A stretch of 64,000 nt of DNA from Camelus ferus (GCF_009834535.1 NC_045696.1:3970001-4034000); one strand, 5' to 3'. Shown: positions 11,700 through 24,900, numbered from the stretch's first letter. Numbers and translations are program-made. Notes: generated from the letters alone by a model not told the origin.

Positions 11700-12555
11700 C
11701 TCCCATCATGTTCAGCGCCTGTGAGACAGGAGGGAAGGGGGCAGGAACAAGCATTAAGAAATGACAGAGCAATTAGCATCAAGATGTCAGAAGATTCACC
11801 TCCCAGTAGAACTTGAGGCACAGGGTGTCTGGAGATTTGACTTCCAGCAGACCTTGAGCTTCATTATTGGCTGACTGGTTTCCCTTAGTAGCTCAATGAC
11901 ACACCCAAAGGCGCCATAGCAGTTCTGAGGCTGACCAAAAAAAGTCCAAAAGTGGGTAGTGGCCTAGCTCCTGGGAATCCCAAGCCTTTCCTCAAAGTCC
12001 TTGGAATAAAAAGTCCTCCCCCTTGTTAGCACACGAAGCCAATAAGCACTAACAACCCCTCACCTCGCGGTCTTTCTCTTGCCTGTAGAGAAGGCTTGCA
12101 TTCTGTCCATGGAGTGAGCATCTCTCTGAATAAATCTACCTTCACTCCATTACGGCTTGGTCTTGAATTCTGTCCTGCAGGAAGCCAAGGACCCTCACCT
12201 GATGAGGTGCTTCCCAGGGATGCACCTGGGACCTGGGACCTGGCCATCTTCGTGCGCCCTGTTTTCTTGTATCATCTGGATGGTGAATCTGCAGAGACAC
12301 GTGACCCAGATGCACATGTGTAAGACACTGATTATCTCAACTTCCCCACCTCCAGTCACCCTGCACCAAGTCTAGGGCCACCCTTCTTCTCCCATAAACA
12401 TCCCCACCCCTGGCCTCCGGGAAGGTGGATCTGAGACCTCTTCTCCCATCCCCTGGCTTGGCTGCCTCGTGAATTAACTCTCTGCCACAAACCTCTTCAG
12501 CGTCCCAGTGCCTGACTTCCTTTGGGTCTGCCAAGGAGACTTGTTTCAGCTACAA
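11700..12555 (+). mobile_element. Cluster of ERV LTR remnants between MX2 and MX1
   Basis: LTR-like R/U5 segment gaataaatctaccttcactc...gtcttgaattctgtcctg..gaagccaaggaccc (~12125-12200). A second LTR-like segment ends ...ttcagctaca at ~12554. Confidence 0.55.
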
Positions 12556-14454
12556 AATTCTGGTCATTTGGGGCTCGTTGTCACCGGACTTCTTGTCTGC
12601 CTCCTGGGTTGTTGACAGATAGCAATGTGACTTCTCACAAGGCTGCCTAAGGCCGGCTGGCTTCCTGGACTGGCTACTGGGACAAGGGGTTGGTTTCCTG
12701 GGCAGGCTGCTGCAGCCTGCGGGTCAGAGCTCCGTCTTCGTCTGTGATCTGACCACTGTCTGTGTGCGTATTAAGTCTCGCACAGCTTACCCTGTCCTGT
12801 GGGGCCTTCCTACCTCCTCTGCCCGCCGGCATTGCAGACCTGCTCCTACAGGTGAAATCTGTCTTGTTCACAGTCTGGGGCTATGCATTGCTTGAATCTG
12901 GTCCCTCCCCATCCACCCCCATCTCTTCCCTCCCACATCCTGTTGAAACTACCCTAGGATTCCTCACCAACATGGACCTGCTCCTTTGGGGTGGGAGTCA
13001 AAGGTGCAGTGATAAGAGGGAGGACTATCCTGGAGAAGGTATCCACTGGTAGGGTGAACAAATGTGGAGTTCCCAACTTGTTTCTACCCCCTTGAGGCCC
13101 TAAATGCCTTTTTGGTCATGCATAATGACATGGTGTAATGGTTGTCTATGGTTACATTACAAATTTCACCCCCAAAATTACTTGTTTCACTATTTATTTG
13201 GATCAGGAAGTCACACCAGCCCTGGTCTGGTGTCTCTGGCTCAGGGTCTGTCCTGAAGTTGCAGTCCAGCTGTGGACCAAGCAGCTGCCCTCTTGGCTCA
13301 AGGCTCAGCTGGGGGAGGGTTCACTTCCTTGGAGCAGTGAGTAGTGGCTGGCAGGTCATTGCGATGCAGCAGAGAGAACAAGACAGCTTGTGGAAGTGCA
13401 GAGAGAACCGTTTTCCTTTCTCTCTAGATGTGTGCTTTGGGCAAAAGAGTCGACCTCTTTGAGCTCCATTCTGAACTGATTTATTGTTGCAAGATTAGAG
13501 ACCATGTGGGTAGACAATTTAGCCCAGTACGTTTTGTGATCATTCCATGGACTCATCAAAAACAAGAGATGACAGTTTTAACACAGAGCTACTGAGTTGG
13601 GGGTCCGTCCACTTCCTATTCTGTGACACAGAGCCCAGTTGCAGCCAGTGGAGGAATGAAACACCCTAGGTAGGAATTTGAAGAAGTTTGAAAAATGAGT
13701 GGAAAGAACAGTTAATTCTCATTAGCCACTGGGAGAGGTCCTGGTAAGGCAGGTAACACGTGCTCTGCCTCCCTCCTCTGAAAAGTATACTTTCACCAAA
13801 TGCTGATACCAGGCAAATGCCACAGGGGCAGCTGGCCCTTATCCTGGGAAAGTGATTTTAGAAAAGCCACCGACCGTCCCCAGGGACTGGGCATTGGGCC
13901 ACGTGTACTTCACCAGCCAGGGCTCAGGGCCCAGGGCCACCAGCTCAGCTCCATCAGTGACAGACCCTGCGTTCCTAACAAGGCCCCAGGTGAAACCAGT
14001 GCTGCTGGTCCAGGGACGAGACTTTGAGAAGCACAGGTCTACGCCACCCGCACAGAAGAAAAAACAAAACGCGGCAGTGACACAGGACGCTGACACGGGC
14101 TTCAGGCAGGAGAGAAGGGCGCTGGGCCAGGGCGCGCTGCTCTGCTCTTCAGCCCCCGCGGCGTCAGGCCTGGACGCATTACCCTGGAGGTTACGGAATG
14201 CCACACCGCTCTGCAAGATCCCGGGCTCCTAAGGACTGTGTCCAGGTTCCACGTGATGTCAGAGCTGCTGCCTGGTCAGAGAGCACAGCTCACCTGCAGG
14301 GAGGCTGAGCAGCGACGGTGCGGGGCTAGGGGCGGGCCTCTGACACCGACCCTCCCCTAGGTACCACCCCTTCCTCCGGATTTCACCCCCAGTCGCCTCC
14401 TGGTTCTCCAGCAACTTCCTCTGCTTCTGCTCTGTCTGCATCTCCCAGCACTGT

Positions 14455-14645
14455 CCTCCTCCGGGCCCCGCCCCACGCCCCGTTCTGCCTCCGGCCCCGC
14501 CCCCTTCTTCTGGCCCCGCCCCTTTCCCTGTACTCCCTCACCCTGCCCCTTCTTTCTTTGGGCTCCGCCCCTCCGCCCTCCCCGCTGATTCCTGAGTTGC
14601 TCTAGGTTTCCTTTCTCTTGATAGAGAAAAAGAAACTGAAACCTT
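14455..14645. promoter_or_regulatory. Distal GC-box/ISRE cluster upstream of MX1 (enhancer or alternative promoter)
   Basis: Multiple GC boxes (CCCCGCCCC/CTCCGCCC), then GGTTTCCTTTCT (14605-14616) and GAAAAAGAAACTGAAACC (14626-14643). Confidence 0.7.
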
Positions 14646-16099
14646 ACTAGAACTGACTGGGAAACTTGAGATCAGAGAAGACAGGAGGGGAGGAGGCAAT
14701 ACAGGAAACCCAGTGGCTTAGGGTAACTCTCAGGAGATCACAGAAGCACCACTCATTCTAGAAACACTGATCGAAACGTTATGTGCCAGGAACTGTGCTA
14801 GACCCCAAGTGAAACAGCCAACATCACGACCTGGTCCTGCCCACTGACGGCCTGGTGACACACTGCACCTTCACAAGGCCAGAGACAGCGTGAGGAGGCC
14901 ATGATCCTGGGGAAGGGGGGTGCTGGGCATGGGGCTCCCAGAAAGCAAGTGCGCTAGGCCTGGAGAAGGACTGAGTGAGGGTGCTTTCTGGGAAGAAGCC
15001 CAGCGCCGCAGGTGGAGGAGGAACCGGGCTCCTGAGCTGGAGGGAGACCTTGTGTAGTGAGGAGGTGGACATCCAAGCAATGGGGGAGCAGCGAGGTGAG
15101 GCCCGGCGCAGGCAGGCCTGGTGCCCTAAGCTGAGCAGTTCCTTCACCCCTCCCAGCCCTGCAGGGGGCACCTGCAGCATTTAAACAGGGTGCTGTTCCC
15201 TTCCCACAGGTGTCTGAGGAGATGCACCAGTTTGTAGGTAGAGCGCGATGCCTAGAAGCTTGCCAGGCCTGGTTTCCCATTAACACCAGCTCACCTCTAC
15301 TCGGCAAGGCCAGGCCAGGCCGGGCATCTGATGAGACGACTGGACAAGGAACAGAGAGGCCTGGAGAGCCCTGGGCACCCATGACTGCACAGGCGACAGG
15401 GGGTGGGCGGTGAGAGTATCTTTGACCTCTGACATGTGTCCCTGTGGATGCCGGGGTTTTGCCAGACACGTTTCAGCGCGGTGAGGAAACAACAGTAAGA
15501 GAGCAGGACCGGCCAGAGGCATGGCGGGGTCTCGGGGGCGCAAGGGGCTGGGCCCAGTCCAATGACATTCAGCCTGTGACTTCTCAGCACCTACTGCTAG
15601 TAGGTGGCAGGCCCTGGAGGGATACAAGCTTGAAAAGACCTTTGTCGAGGCCTCTGTGAGACCGCTGCGGTGGTGCCCGCATTCTCCAAGATGCAGAGCA
15701 TCCATCCGAGAGGCAAAGCATCATTGCCTGAGCTGAGCCAGGCCTGCAAGGAGCTCCCCAGGGCAGCTGCAGAGACACGGACCGTGCAGTCGGGACTTGG
15801 CAGGGGAGGAGACTGTCTCTGGGAGCCCAGGGAGAAGGACAGACAGGCGGACGGAAGCTGGGCCGCACTCAGGGATGGTGAGTGGGGTGCTGGCCTGGGG
15901 CACAGCTCTCAAGGGCTGAGAGCTTGAAACTCCTTGGTAGAACACAGAGGCATCAAGGGTTCTACAGGAGGAAAAGAAGCGTCAGCAACGCGGGTGGGGG
16001 CTGTGAGCTTCCTGAGAACAGGGGCTCACCTTGTGGGCTTTGGCCTGGAGAGGGGACGCTGCACAGCACGGGCCTGGGAAGAAAACCTAGACTGCAATC

Positions 16100-16270
16100 T
16101 CCGCTCTCCCCCTTCTTGGACGTGGGGCCCAGCGGTAAGCGAAGTCCTGGGCCTCAGTCTCCTCCTATGTGAAATGGGAGTGCTACCCTGAGTCCCTCCA
16201 CAGGGTGGTGGTGAAGGTGAGTCATTCTCTCAGCCTGGCCCCTCACACTTACTATTGCCTAGTACACAGG
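16100..16270. mobile_element. MIR SINE remnant
   Basis: Core gggcctcagtctcctcctatgtgaaatggg...cacagggtggtggtgaaggt. Confidence 0.65.
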
Positions 16271-16984
16271 AGCTATTATTGTACTAGTGTTGAATTGTAC
16301 CCCAAACAAGCCCCTGGGATCCTCAGGGAACCGCCACATAAGGAGCCTGTGAGAAACAGCAGGTCCCAGAATCCCAGGCCAGGAGGCGAGAAGGGGAGGG
16401 GTGGGGATCAGCTGGGGCTCCAAAGGTAAGGCGACACTTGCAGCCCTGAGAGTGAGGGGCTCCTTATATCCGCCTCCCAGACACCTTGCCCGCTGTCCCC
16501 AGTCCTGGCCCTGGCCCTGGCTCTGGCCCCAAGCAGTTTTCACCTTTGCCGGTGGCTCTTTCTGAATTCCTCCCTGAACAGGAGTCACGGGGAGAGCCTC
16601 CCGCGGTTTGAAGGTGCAGGATCATCCCTCAGAGCTGAGCCTTTCATCCACCAAGTGCCTCTCTCTCCCCACTTCCCCCTGCCTTTCGGTGCAGGTTTGC
16701 TCCTTCAGCACATCCTGCTCACAGCCCACCCAGAAACGGTGTCACTCTTCTTTGTGACCAGAAAGTATCTGAGGCCCAGACGGGTGAGCAGCCAGGCAAA
16801 GGTTCCTTGATAGTTACCGCGGAAGCCTGTGCCCTCCCGCCAGCGCGCCCTGGGTGGGACGGCCCAGCCCCCAGCGGTGGACCCTGCAGAGCAGGGCAGA
16901 CGTCAGGCCAGAGAGCAGCTCTGGGGTGGCTCCTCGTCTTCGTTCTGGTGCCGCCGTAGTGAATTTGTTCCCGTCCAAGCTTTC

Positions 16985-17425
16985 CCTGTGTGGATGAGGA
17001 ACGCCCCCGCCATATCAAGTAAACAAAGGATGTTGCGGCAATCAAGCCACCAGCCACTGCAGCCTCCTCCGACTGTGCACCCAGAGGGGACTCAGGATGG
17101 AGAACAGCAGGACACTGGCCCTAGAGAGCTGAGGTGCAGCCCAGAGGAATGATTCCAGTGAGCCCCGTCTCTTGCATCTTCCCAAATATAGAAAAGCACG
17201 AAATTCACTAACTTGAGATGCCTGGGTTTTCTGTGACAGTAATCTTTTGAGGTTCAGCCTATCAGGTTTTTGTTGTAACCCCCCATGTATCCTAACCCCT
17301 CCCTTACCCCTTAGGAAGTGTCCCTCAGAGCGACTGCGAGGCTGTGCTGGGGGAAGCCCTCAACCCATCCACCAAATAAACATCACTCCCAACTTTTAGG
17401 TTGCGCAGTGTTTTTCCCAGTGGAC
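16985..17425 (+). mobile_element. Solo ERV LTR upstream of the MX1 promoter
   Basis: LTR-like body (agtaaacaaaggatgttgcgg...cagccactgcagc...ggactcaggatg), AATAAA at ~17374, and a U5-like ending aacttttaggttg... Confidence 0.6.
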
Positions 17426-18149
17426 GCCTGACCCCAGCCCGAGGAGCTGAGCAGCTTCCGGGTATTCCTGTGGGGGTGGGGGAGGCCTTTTCTAATCACA
17501 AGAGTCTTTGGGGTGGCGGGGAGGAGGCTTGTTTTGGGCTTGTCCGGTGGGCTAAGGAGATGGGGTGTCGCCCCACCCACAGAGCCCTCACCGGGAGGGT
17601 CACTCATGGGTCTACTTGACCTGAGCCCATACCTCCGCCCCGTTTCCATTCTGGGGAGATCCACTGAGCTGAGCTTCAGAGAGGGCTTGCATCTGACGAG
17701 GAGACTCAGGAAAGGAAGAAGAAGACATGGCTCTGCTTGGGGAGGGAGATTTGGGGGAAGCTGTGGGGCTTAGAATGCTTGAGAATCCCTGGATGTTCCC
17801 AGTGAAACTACAGCAGGATTTGAAGCACCCAGTTATCAGTGTTTGTGTTCAGAAGACCAGGGGTTAAGGGACCTGCTAGGTTCAAAGCATCGCACAGCTC
17901 TGCTGGGCTTTGGCTGACTCGAGGCTGTTCGGGCAGTGGCTCTGCATTTGTGCAGTCAGGAGAGCCGAGTAAAGCTGAGGTCCTGAGCCTGCGTGTCTGA
18001 TGCAGTAGGTCTGCCTGGAACCCCACAATCTGCGCTGCCCGCAAGCTCCCAAGGATGTGGTGGCGGGCATACCTGGAGGGCTTCCAGGGGGCTGCGGCTG
18101 GGAGCAAGTGGTGCTGGCGTTGCCCCAGGCAGTGGCAAGCCTGGTGTTT

Positions 18150-18240
18150 GGTTTCGTTTCTCACCAGAAGCCCTGGGACTATCCCAGGAGTTTCGTTTCT
18201 CAGCGGCTGGGGGCTGAGGGAGGGGGGAGCGAGGGGCGGT
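18150..18240 (+). promoter_or_regulatory. MX1: MX1 proximal promoter with two ISREs and a GC box
   Basis: GGTTTCGTTTCT (18150-18161) and AGTTTCGTTTCT (18189-18200), followed by GGGGCGG. This is the classic tandem-ISRE Mx promoter layout. Confidence 0.88.
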
Positions 18241-18244
18241 GCTG

Positions 18245-18307
18245 AAGCTGCTCGAAGGTAAGGAGCAGCCGGCACCTGGGGCTGGTCACAGCACTGGGAG
18301 CTGACGG
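18245..18307 (+). other. MX1: Probable MX1 non-coding exon 1
   Basis: Lies directly after the ISREs, with a strong donor GACGG/gtaagtg at 18307. An alternative donor AAG/gtaagg is at 18257. TSS is not determinable. Confidence 0.6.
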
Positions 18308-21012
18308 GTAAGTGTCGCACTTCTTGCTCTGGGCACCATCTGACCAGTCAGGGGGCTCGGGGCATCTGGGGGACTGGCTGCAGAGATGAACGCTCGGGGT
18401 GTAACAGTAAAAATGCTCAAGATGAATAGGGATGATGACGCAATGGTGATGATAGTAATGGAAATAACACTAATGGCGGTGCTGGCTGGGCTCAGAGCAC
18501 TCCTGATTCAACTTTCCCACCGACAGGATGCTCAGGCTCTTGGGTGACACATCGAAAGGCACCCCCCTCCCGAAACTGGCGGCGTTCTGCCGGAGGAGGT
18601 GGGCAGGTGGAGGAGATGCGGGCAGAGGGGGTCTCGGAGGGAGCGCGCTGGTTAAGGAGAGCGCGCTGAGAGAGTGTCACATCCAGGGCTGCGTGACCTC
18701 CAAGCGCACCCCAAACGCTGACCTTCGCTGGATGTATCGCTTTACATTTCCTGCTAACGAGTGCAACCCAGACAGATCTTCGGCCCGTGGAATCCTTAGA
18801 CGCGCATGGAGCAGGGTCTTCACCAGTCCTGCTGAAGCGAGGGGGCTGGAGCTGAGAGTCTCCGCCGGGAGGTTTAGGGACGGGAGCCGCGCTGGGAACG
18901 GGAAGGGCGGGCGGAGAGATGAGGCATGCGCAGAAGGGCCCTGCGCGGAGTACCCTTCACGCAGGGGAGGGGGAGATGCCCAGGGTCTCCCGTCCTCGCA
19001 GATGTGGCGCGGGGAGAGACTGCGTGGGGCGGGCACACTTAGTAGTCGGGATGGAGGGAGGGAGGACAGCCCTGGGGGTTGATGGATAACCCAGGTGCTG
19101 CCGACACCGTCCCTCCCCCCGCCTGCCCCGCCCCTCCTGCCCTGGTGACCGCTGAGCTGTGCAAGTGGGATTCTCGAAATTATTTGGTCAAATGTTACAG
19201 CAAGTTTTTGTTGGAAGTAGGGTCAAGTGATGCTAACGCCCCTGCTCCCCTGACTGTCCAGCTTAAAAAGGCTCCTAAAATGTCCTTGTCACCTTTGTGC
19301 TTTGCAACAGAGCTGCTGGCCAGGAAGTCCCCAGCCCCACTCTGCCCTTCCCATTGCAGGCAGGCCTTGCAATTCCTTCCCAGCTTCCCTTCCCCCACCG
19401 CCTGAAGCTCAGGTCGGAGCGGTTTGGTAGGGAGCACTGGGTCTAAAGAGAAAGGCGTCTCCTTTTCAGTCAGAAAATGTACACGCCAGGGAGTTTTTGA
19501 AAGGCAAACCTTCATGAGAAAAAGCAAAGCTAAGTGCCCTGCGGATTAACTAGCCTGAATTATTTTGAGCGAGTTGCAGACACTGAGTCTGGCACTTCCT
19601 CTGACTTGCTCGGTGGGTGGTCCTTGTCGGGGCCTGTGGTCACTGACTGCTCCCTCCCATCCCTGCTTCTTCTGTGGACTGGGCCCAGGAAGCTTTCTTA
19701 GGAGGTTAGGCTCCCCCTGGGAAACCTTCTGATGCCCTCCCCGCCCTCCCGGGGATTTGCCAAGACACTGCTGAGAGATGGGCTCTGGGTGTGGGAGCCA
19801 CAGGGGAGCTAGCCCTCTGTGAAATCTGCAGGTGGGGAAGGGCCATCCAGACAGCCACCCCCGTGGACCGTGGGAACCTGAGCGGGCAGACCTGCCCTGG
19901 GCGAGAACGGAAAGAACCCACAGCGCCTGGGCACCTTCTCCCCATCCCTACCCCAAACTTGGGCCTGAGGAAGAGCCTGGCACAGCCACCCCACCAGCGA
20001 CCACTGTGGGTGTGCAGGCCTGAGGAAGGTGGGGTTGGGGAAGGAGAGATTCCGTGCGCTGTGCCTGCCCGGAAGCTCCCTGCAGCCTTGTCTGCAAACA
20101 CCAGGCGTGGGTGAGCAGTTTTCGGCAGAGGGCTGAGGGTCTCAGGGCCAGAACTGGCGAATGCACTCTGCTCAGTTAGACAAGTGCCCCTGGAAGCCAA
20201 ATGCAATGAATATGGAGGAAAGTGATTTTCAGTACTGAGATTGCCTTGCTCCTGAAATCCAAAGGGATTTTCAAAGATGACCCAAGACAAGTACAAACGA
20301 TTAAGATGTGCAGAGGAAACCCGCAAGATGGGACTTTCAGGGAATGTCATTTTGTGAAACAAACAGAGGAAGAGGGTATGCTTATGAAAAAATCCCGCGG
20401 TCCTGGAGTGGCGAGGCCTGGGGACCAGTGATGCCACCTGCCTAGGCACAGTAGGGTCAGGTGAGGTTGCTGTCTTTCACATGGGGCCGCAGCTCCAGTC
20501 CAGGAAGCCCTGGCTGCACAAGGTTTCTCCAAAGGCATGGGCGGGGACGTGGGGCTGGAGAATAACTTTCCAGATGGCCAAATTCTGTAAGTCCTCTTTA
20601 AAACTGATCGCCTTTCAAAATCACCTTTCTCCCACAATTCAATGAACAGAGGGCATAGCTCCCTCCCCTGGATTCTTAAGCAGCCTTGACCTTTCAATGG
20701 CACCAACATAGACCCCAAATTTCATACGTTTTGGGGAAGATCCCTTGAGAAGAAGCAAGGAGAGCATGAGAAAAGGAGAAAAAAAGGCTGTTGGCTCAGG
20801 CAGTGCACTGACAGCCTGCTCTGTGCCTTACAAGTCTGTCTCAGAATTTAAATATCTCAGATTATAGGAAGGACTCAGGGCACTCTGAGTCTTCCTATAG
20901 CTCGTCCCCGCTGCTTTCACAGCATCCTCAGCCATGGGGACGCAGTGTGATGAGTGCTTTCATTTATTCATCTGGGGTTTGGTGTAATTTGTACATTTTG
21001 CCTAATTTCAAG

Positions 21013-21090
21013 GAGGTGTAGGACAACAGCTCTGCATTTCTGGTGACTAGTCATCGTTCCATCGTCAAGTAAAAGGAAGGTATATTGCAG
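21013..21090 (+). other. MX1: Probable MX1 5'UTR exon
   Basis: ttcaag/GAGG ... AAGGAAGGTATATTGCAG/gtacgt. It resembles, from recall, the 5'UTR sequence preceding the ATG exon in mammalian MX1 mRNAs. Confidence 0.55.
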
Positions 21091-21857
21091 GTACGTGCTT
21101 TAGGGTTTTTATAGCATTTATTCAAGTCTTAAGACATATTTTTTCATTGACTTTTATCCATGGGTATTAGATGTGTAAAATTTAATATTTAGAGATTTTG
21201 GTTCCAGAATAAAATCTGAATGAATCTCACATATATGCATGTATGTATTTTGGATGCAGACAAGTGAGACCCAGTGGCCAATGAAGTGCTTATAAAGTCA
21301 AATGAATGACATTAAGACACAGTTCTTTGGGGGAAATGAAACCAAACTCTGAAGTCGAATATCAAAAGGAACACAGGAAATGACTTGGAGCTCATATTTT
21401 TTTAAAATATAGGTTCGAGTGTTAAATCATCATAATATTTAGAATCCGTCGTCTCCATTGGAAAGAGCTTTATAATACTTTTATTTTTACATGTAAATTT
21501 TAAAATGCATCAGAGATTTCATCCTTTGCCACAATTTACATTTATGGTGAAAACTCTTTTGACGTACAGTGTAGAATCGTGACGGGACCTGCAGAACTTC
21601 AAAACCTCTTTTTGGGGTCTGGAAGCATACATGCCCTTGAGGAGAGTCGAGCCAGGAGAGAGCATTTGCCCTCATCTGACATTTGGCTCCGTGGAATTGT
21701 CCTGTCGTTGGTTTATCAGTCAGCAGGGAATGAATGGGCCCCGCTGTGTCCCAGCGTGTCCCCTGGGGGGTTTGGCTCCGTGACTGAAGGTACCTGTCTT
21801 CTGAGTTGTGCTGATGCTCACCTACTTGATTTTAAGCTGATCCAGTAAAGGAAGAAG

Positions 21858-21962
21858 ATGGTTTATTCTGACTCGGAAAACAAAGAATTTGATTCAGCTT
21901 CTGCATCCAGTCATGCGTCACTAAATGGAAATGATGACATGGTGGAGAAAAATCAGGAAACA
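21858..21962 (+). CDS. MX1: MX1 coding exon 1 ([35 protein letters not shown])
   Basis: Acceptor ttaag/ at 21836, AAGATGG start, ACA/gtaagt; 105 nt. Confidence 0.88.
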
Positions 21963-24900
21963 GTAAGTTGATGCCTGAAAACCACTAAGTGCGTGGACAC
22001 GAGCTGTGTCCATCTGAGGGCTGCCGGTGCGGACAGCGACGCCCTGGCCGCCCGGGGCTGCCTGCTGCCACATCTCTCCTGGGCAGGATGTGGGTGCAAA
22101 TGCTCTCAAGGAACTCATGCTGCTTGGGCCCTTCTTGCAGCCAGATGTAGCCAGTGTTTTGCTTTAGCTGATGCTGGTTGGGATTGGATTTTGTTCTGGG
22201 AGAGCAGGCAGGGTGCTGAATGGCTGGTGTAGGAATTGGTCCCGCGCAATGGGTCCAAGGAGCCCTGTGTTCTCACATGCATACGTCGTGGTTCAGTCTC
22301 CAGCGCAAAACTCTGAGGTGTCCCTGTGACCCCCCCTCACCGTGAAGCCACCTGATAGCTTTCTTCCCAAAATCACGTCACATGTTTGCGGGAAGCAAAC
22401 TTGGCCTCCGGAATCAGTGCAACCCGAATCTGACCCGAGTGCTGCCACTTTCCTCTTTATGAGCTTGGGCGGTTATTTCTCCCTTTAGACGCCTGGCTTT
22501 TCATCTCTAAAGTGAGGAAGATTTTAGGATTTACTTTGTGTGGCTTTTGGAGGACTCGGGTACAGGCTGGGCGCTTAGAAAGAGCTCTGTATCTTGCTGT
22601 CATGTGTTGTAAAGCTGTAGCTCTTCAGCCCTTTCTAGGTGACTCCATGTTCTTAACCAGTGTTTAACACTATTTTAAACTATATTAGAAAGCACAGTGA
22701 AGGGCGTAGAAAACTGAGAAGGACCCGCACTTTGCGCCCCCCGGTGTAACTGTCGTCTCCTGCCTGGCCGTGCCGGGCCCGGGGCAGTCGGAACCGCCCG
22801 GCTCACACTCACGCGTCTGGATGTAGCTGGGCCTCCTCCAGCAGCTAGAGCAGGCGTGTCCTGGGCGCAGCAGCCCCACTTCTAGGTGCAGAGCTTGGTC
22901 CTCAGAGTGTGGCCCCCAGACCTGCAGCATCAGAGTCCCCGGGGAAGCTCAGAGTGTAAATGAGCACCCTCACACATTCTGCCCCCGGACCTAGTGAACT
23001 AGACATTTCCGAGGCGGGGCCCGGCATCTATGCTTTACCAGACCCTCCAGGGGATTCTCCTTTGTGCTAAAGTTTGAGCAGCACTTTGCCATGTTCATAC
23101 AGCGTCGAGTATGCACAAACCCGGAGTCCCCCCCGGGGGGAGTGCGTGCACAGGTCGGCCCGCCCGTGCGGCAGGGTTCCCAGGAGCAGCGCGCGGACTC
23201 AGCTGGCGTCCAGGCGACCAGGGTGGCTGAGTCTAACCACCAACGCTGAACCCTAGAAGCACGTCCCGGAAGAGGTATACTCTGTGATCCCACTTATATG
23301 AGGTTCCCCAGCAGGCAACCGTGAGCCACGTACTGCTCAGCGAAGGATGGACTGGGGGTGAGAGCTGCGCTGAGGAGCAGGAAGGAGGTTCTCACAAGCC
23401 CTAGAGCAGAGCGCCCCCTGGGGGTGAAGGGGATTCAGGAGGAAGGGGCCTGGGGAGGGGAGGTGGAGAGTCCTCAGCGCTGGGAATGCCGGCTTTCTCA
23501 AGCCAGCTGGCTGGTACTTGCATTTTTGCCAATTCTCGCTCATGTGTTATAAACTCTTGTGAATGGGCGGTACAGAAGTGAAAAGGAAAGGCCCCCACGA
23601 GGAGGACTGGGACTGAGGCCGCTGGCGAGTGTCAAGTTTCAGCCAGGTTTCTGCGGAGAGGCCATGGGCGGCTGGGCCCCAGTCCTTTCTTAAGTGTTGT
23701 TACTGAGAACAGTTGTAGAGGGCACTTGCTACAAATGGCAAAGAGGACGGTATTCACGTGTATTGCAATAGGGGAGAAAGACTGAGCTCACCGTGGATAC
23801 CAGGAAAGTTGGGGGTGGGGGGCAGTGCGCAGGGTGGGGAAAGGGAAGAGTGGGGGTGGGGAGAGGGGAGAGTGGGAGTGGGGGGAGGGACCTGATTAGC
23901 TCGCAGGGGTGACGGGGTGCTGGATGAGCTGGCTTAGCTCCATTCCTGGCTATGTGTGGGTGCAGCAGGCCAAGGTGGGGCCTAGTGGAGAGGAAGGCTC
24001 ACAGGAGCCCCACTGAAGTTCACTCAAGGAGCCCCTGTCGGGGGTGCCCCCTTCTCTGCTGAGTGTTGTCAGCATTCCCTGCAGATGAGATGGGGTGCTC
24101 AGACATTCCGTAAGGAGGGGGTTCTCAGCTGGGGGCACTTTTGCCCCTTGGAGCACCTGGCAACGTCTGGAGGCATTTTCGTTGCCACAACTCGGAGTGA
24201 GCGGTGGACAGCGGCCAGGCGCGATGCCAGCCCTGCTGCAAGGCCCGGGACGGCCCCACCGCAGACACGTCTCTGGTCCGAATGTTAGTGCCTTCTCACC
24301 ATGATCCGAAGGGCTGTTCTAGCAAAAGTGAATTAGATTACAGCAAACACACAAAAATTGAAGTTGGAAAGAAAGAGGCCAATGTCAAAATGATTGTTTC
24401 ACATTTTCTTTTCAACTGAGGGTGTTTGTTTGCTTGTTGCTGAGTTGTGAGTGTTGTCACGTGTGCAGAGCCTTTGTCAGATGCAGGCTTTGCAAATATG
24501 TTCTTCCTGACTGTGGCTTGTCTTTTCATTTGCTTAACAGCGTCTTTTGAAGATCATACATTTTCAATTGTGGTAAAGGCCAATTTACCAGGTGGTTCTT
24601 TTATGGGTTGTACTTTGGGGCCATGTATAAGAAATCTTTGCCCAACCCAGAGTCAGAAAGATTTTTCTCCTGTGTTTTATTCTGGAAGTTCTGTAGGTTT
24701 AAGTTTTGCATTTCGGTCTATGATCTGTTTTGAGTTATTTTTCGTGTATGATGTAAAACACAGATTCACGGTCATTTTTTCTGCATATAGATAGTCAGTT
24801 ACCCCAGTGCCATGAGTGGAAGGGATTACCTTTGTTCCGCAGCATTGCCCTTGCACTGTGGTCAAAACCCAGTTGTTCACGTACGTATCAGTTCATTCCT

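Noticed and set aside
19706..20449. 247-aa minus-strand ORF in MX1 intron 1
   Set aside because: No recognisable motifs; consistent with a chance ORF.
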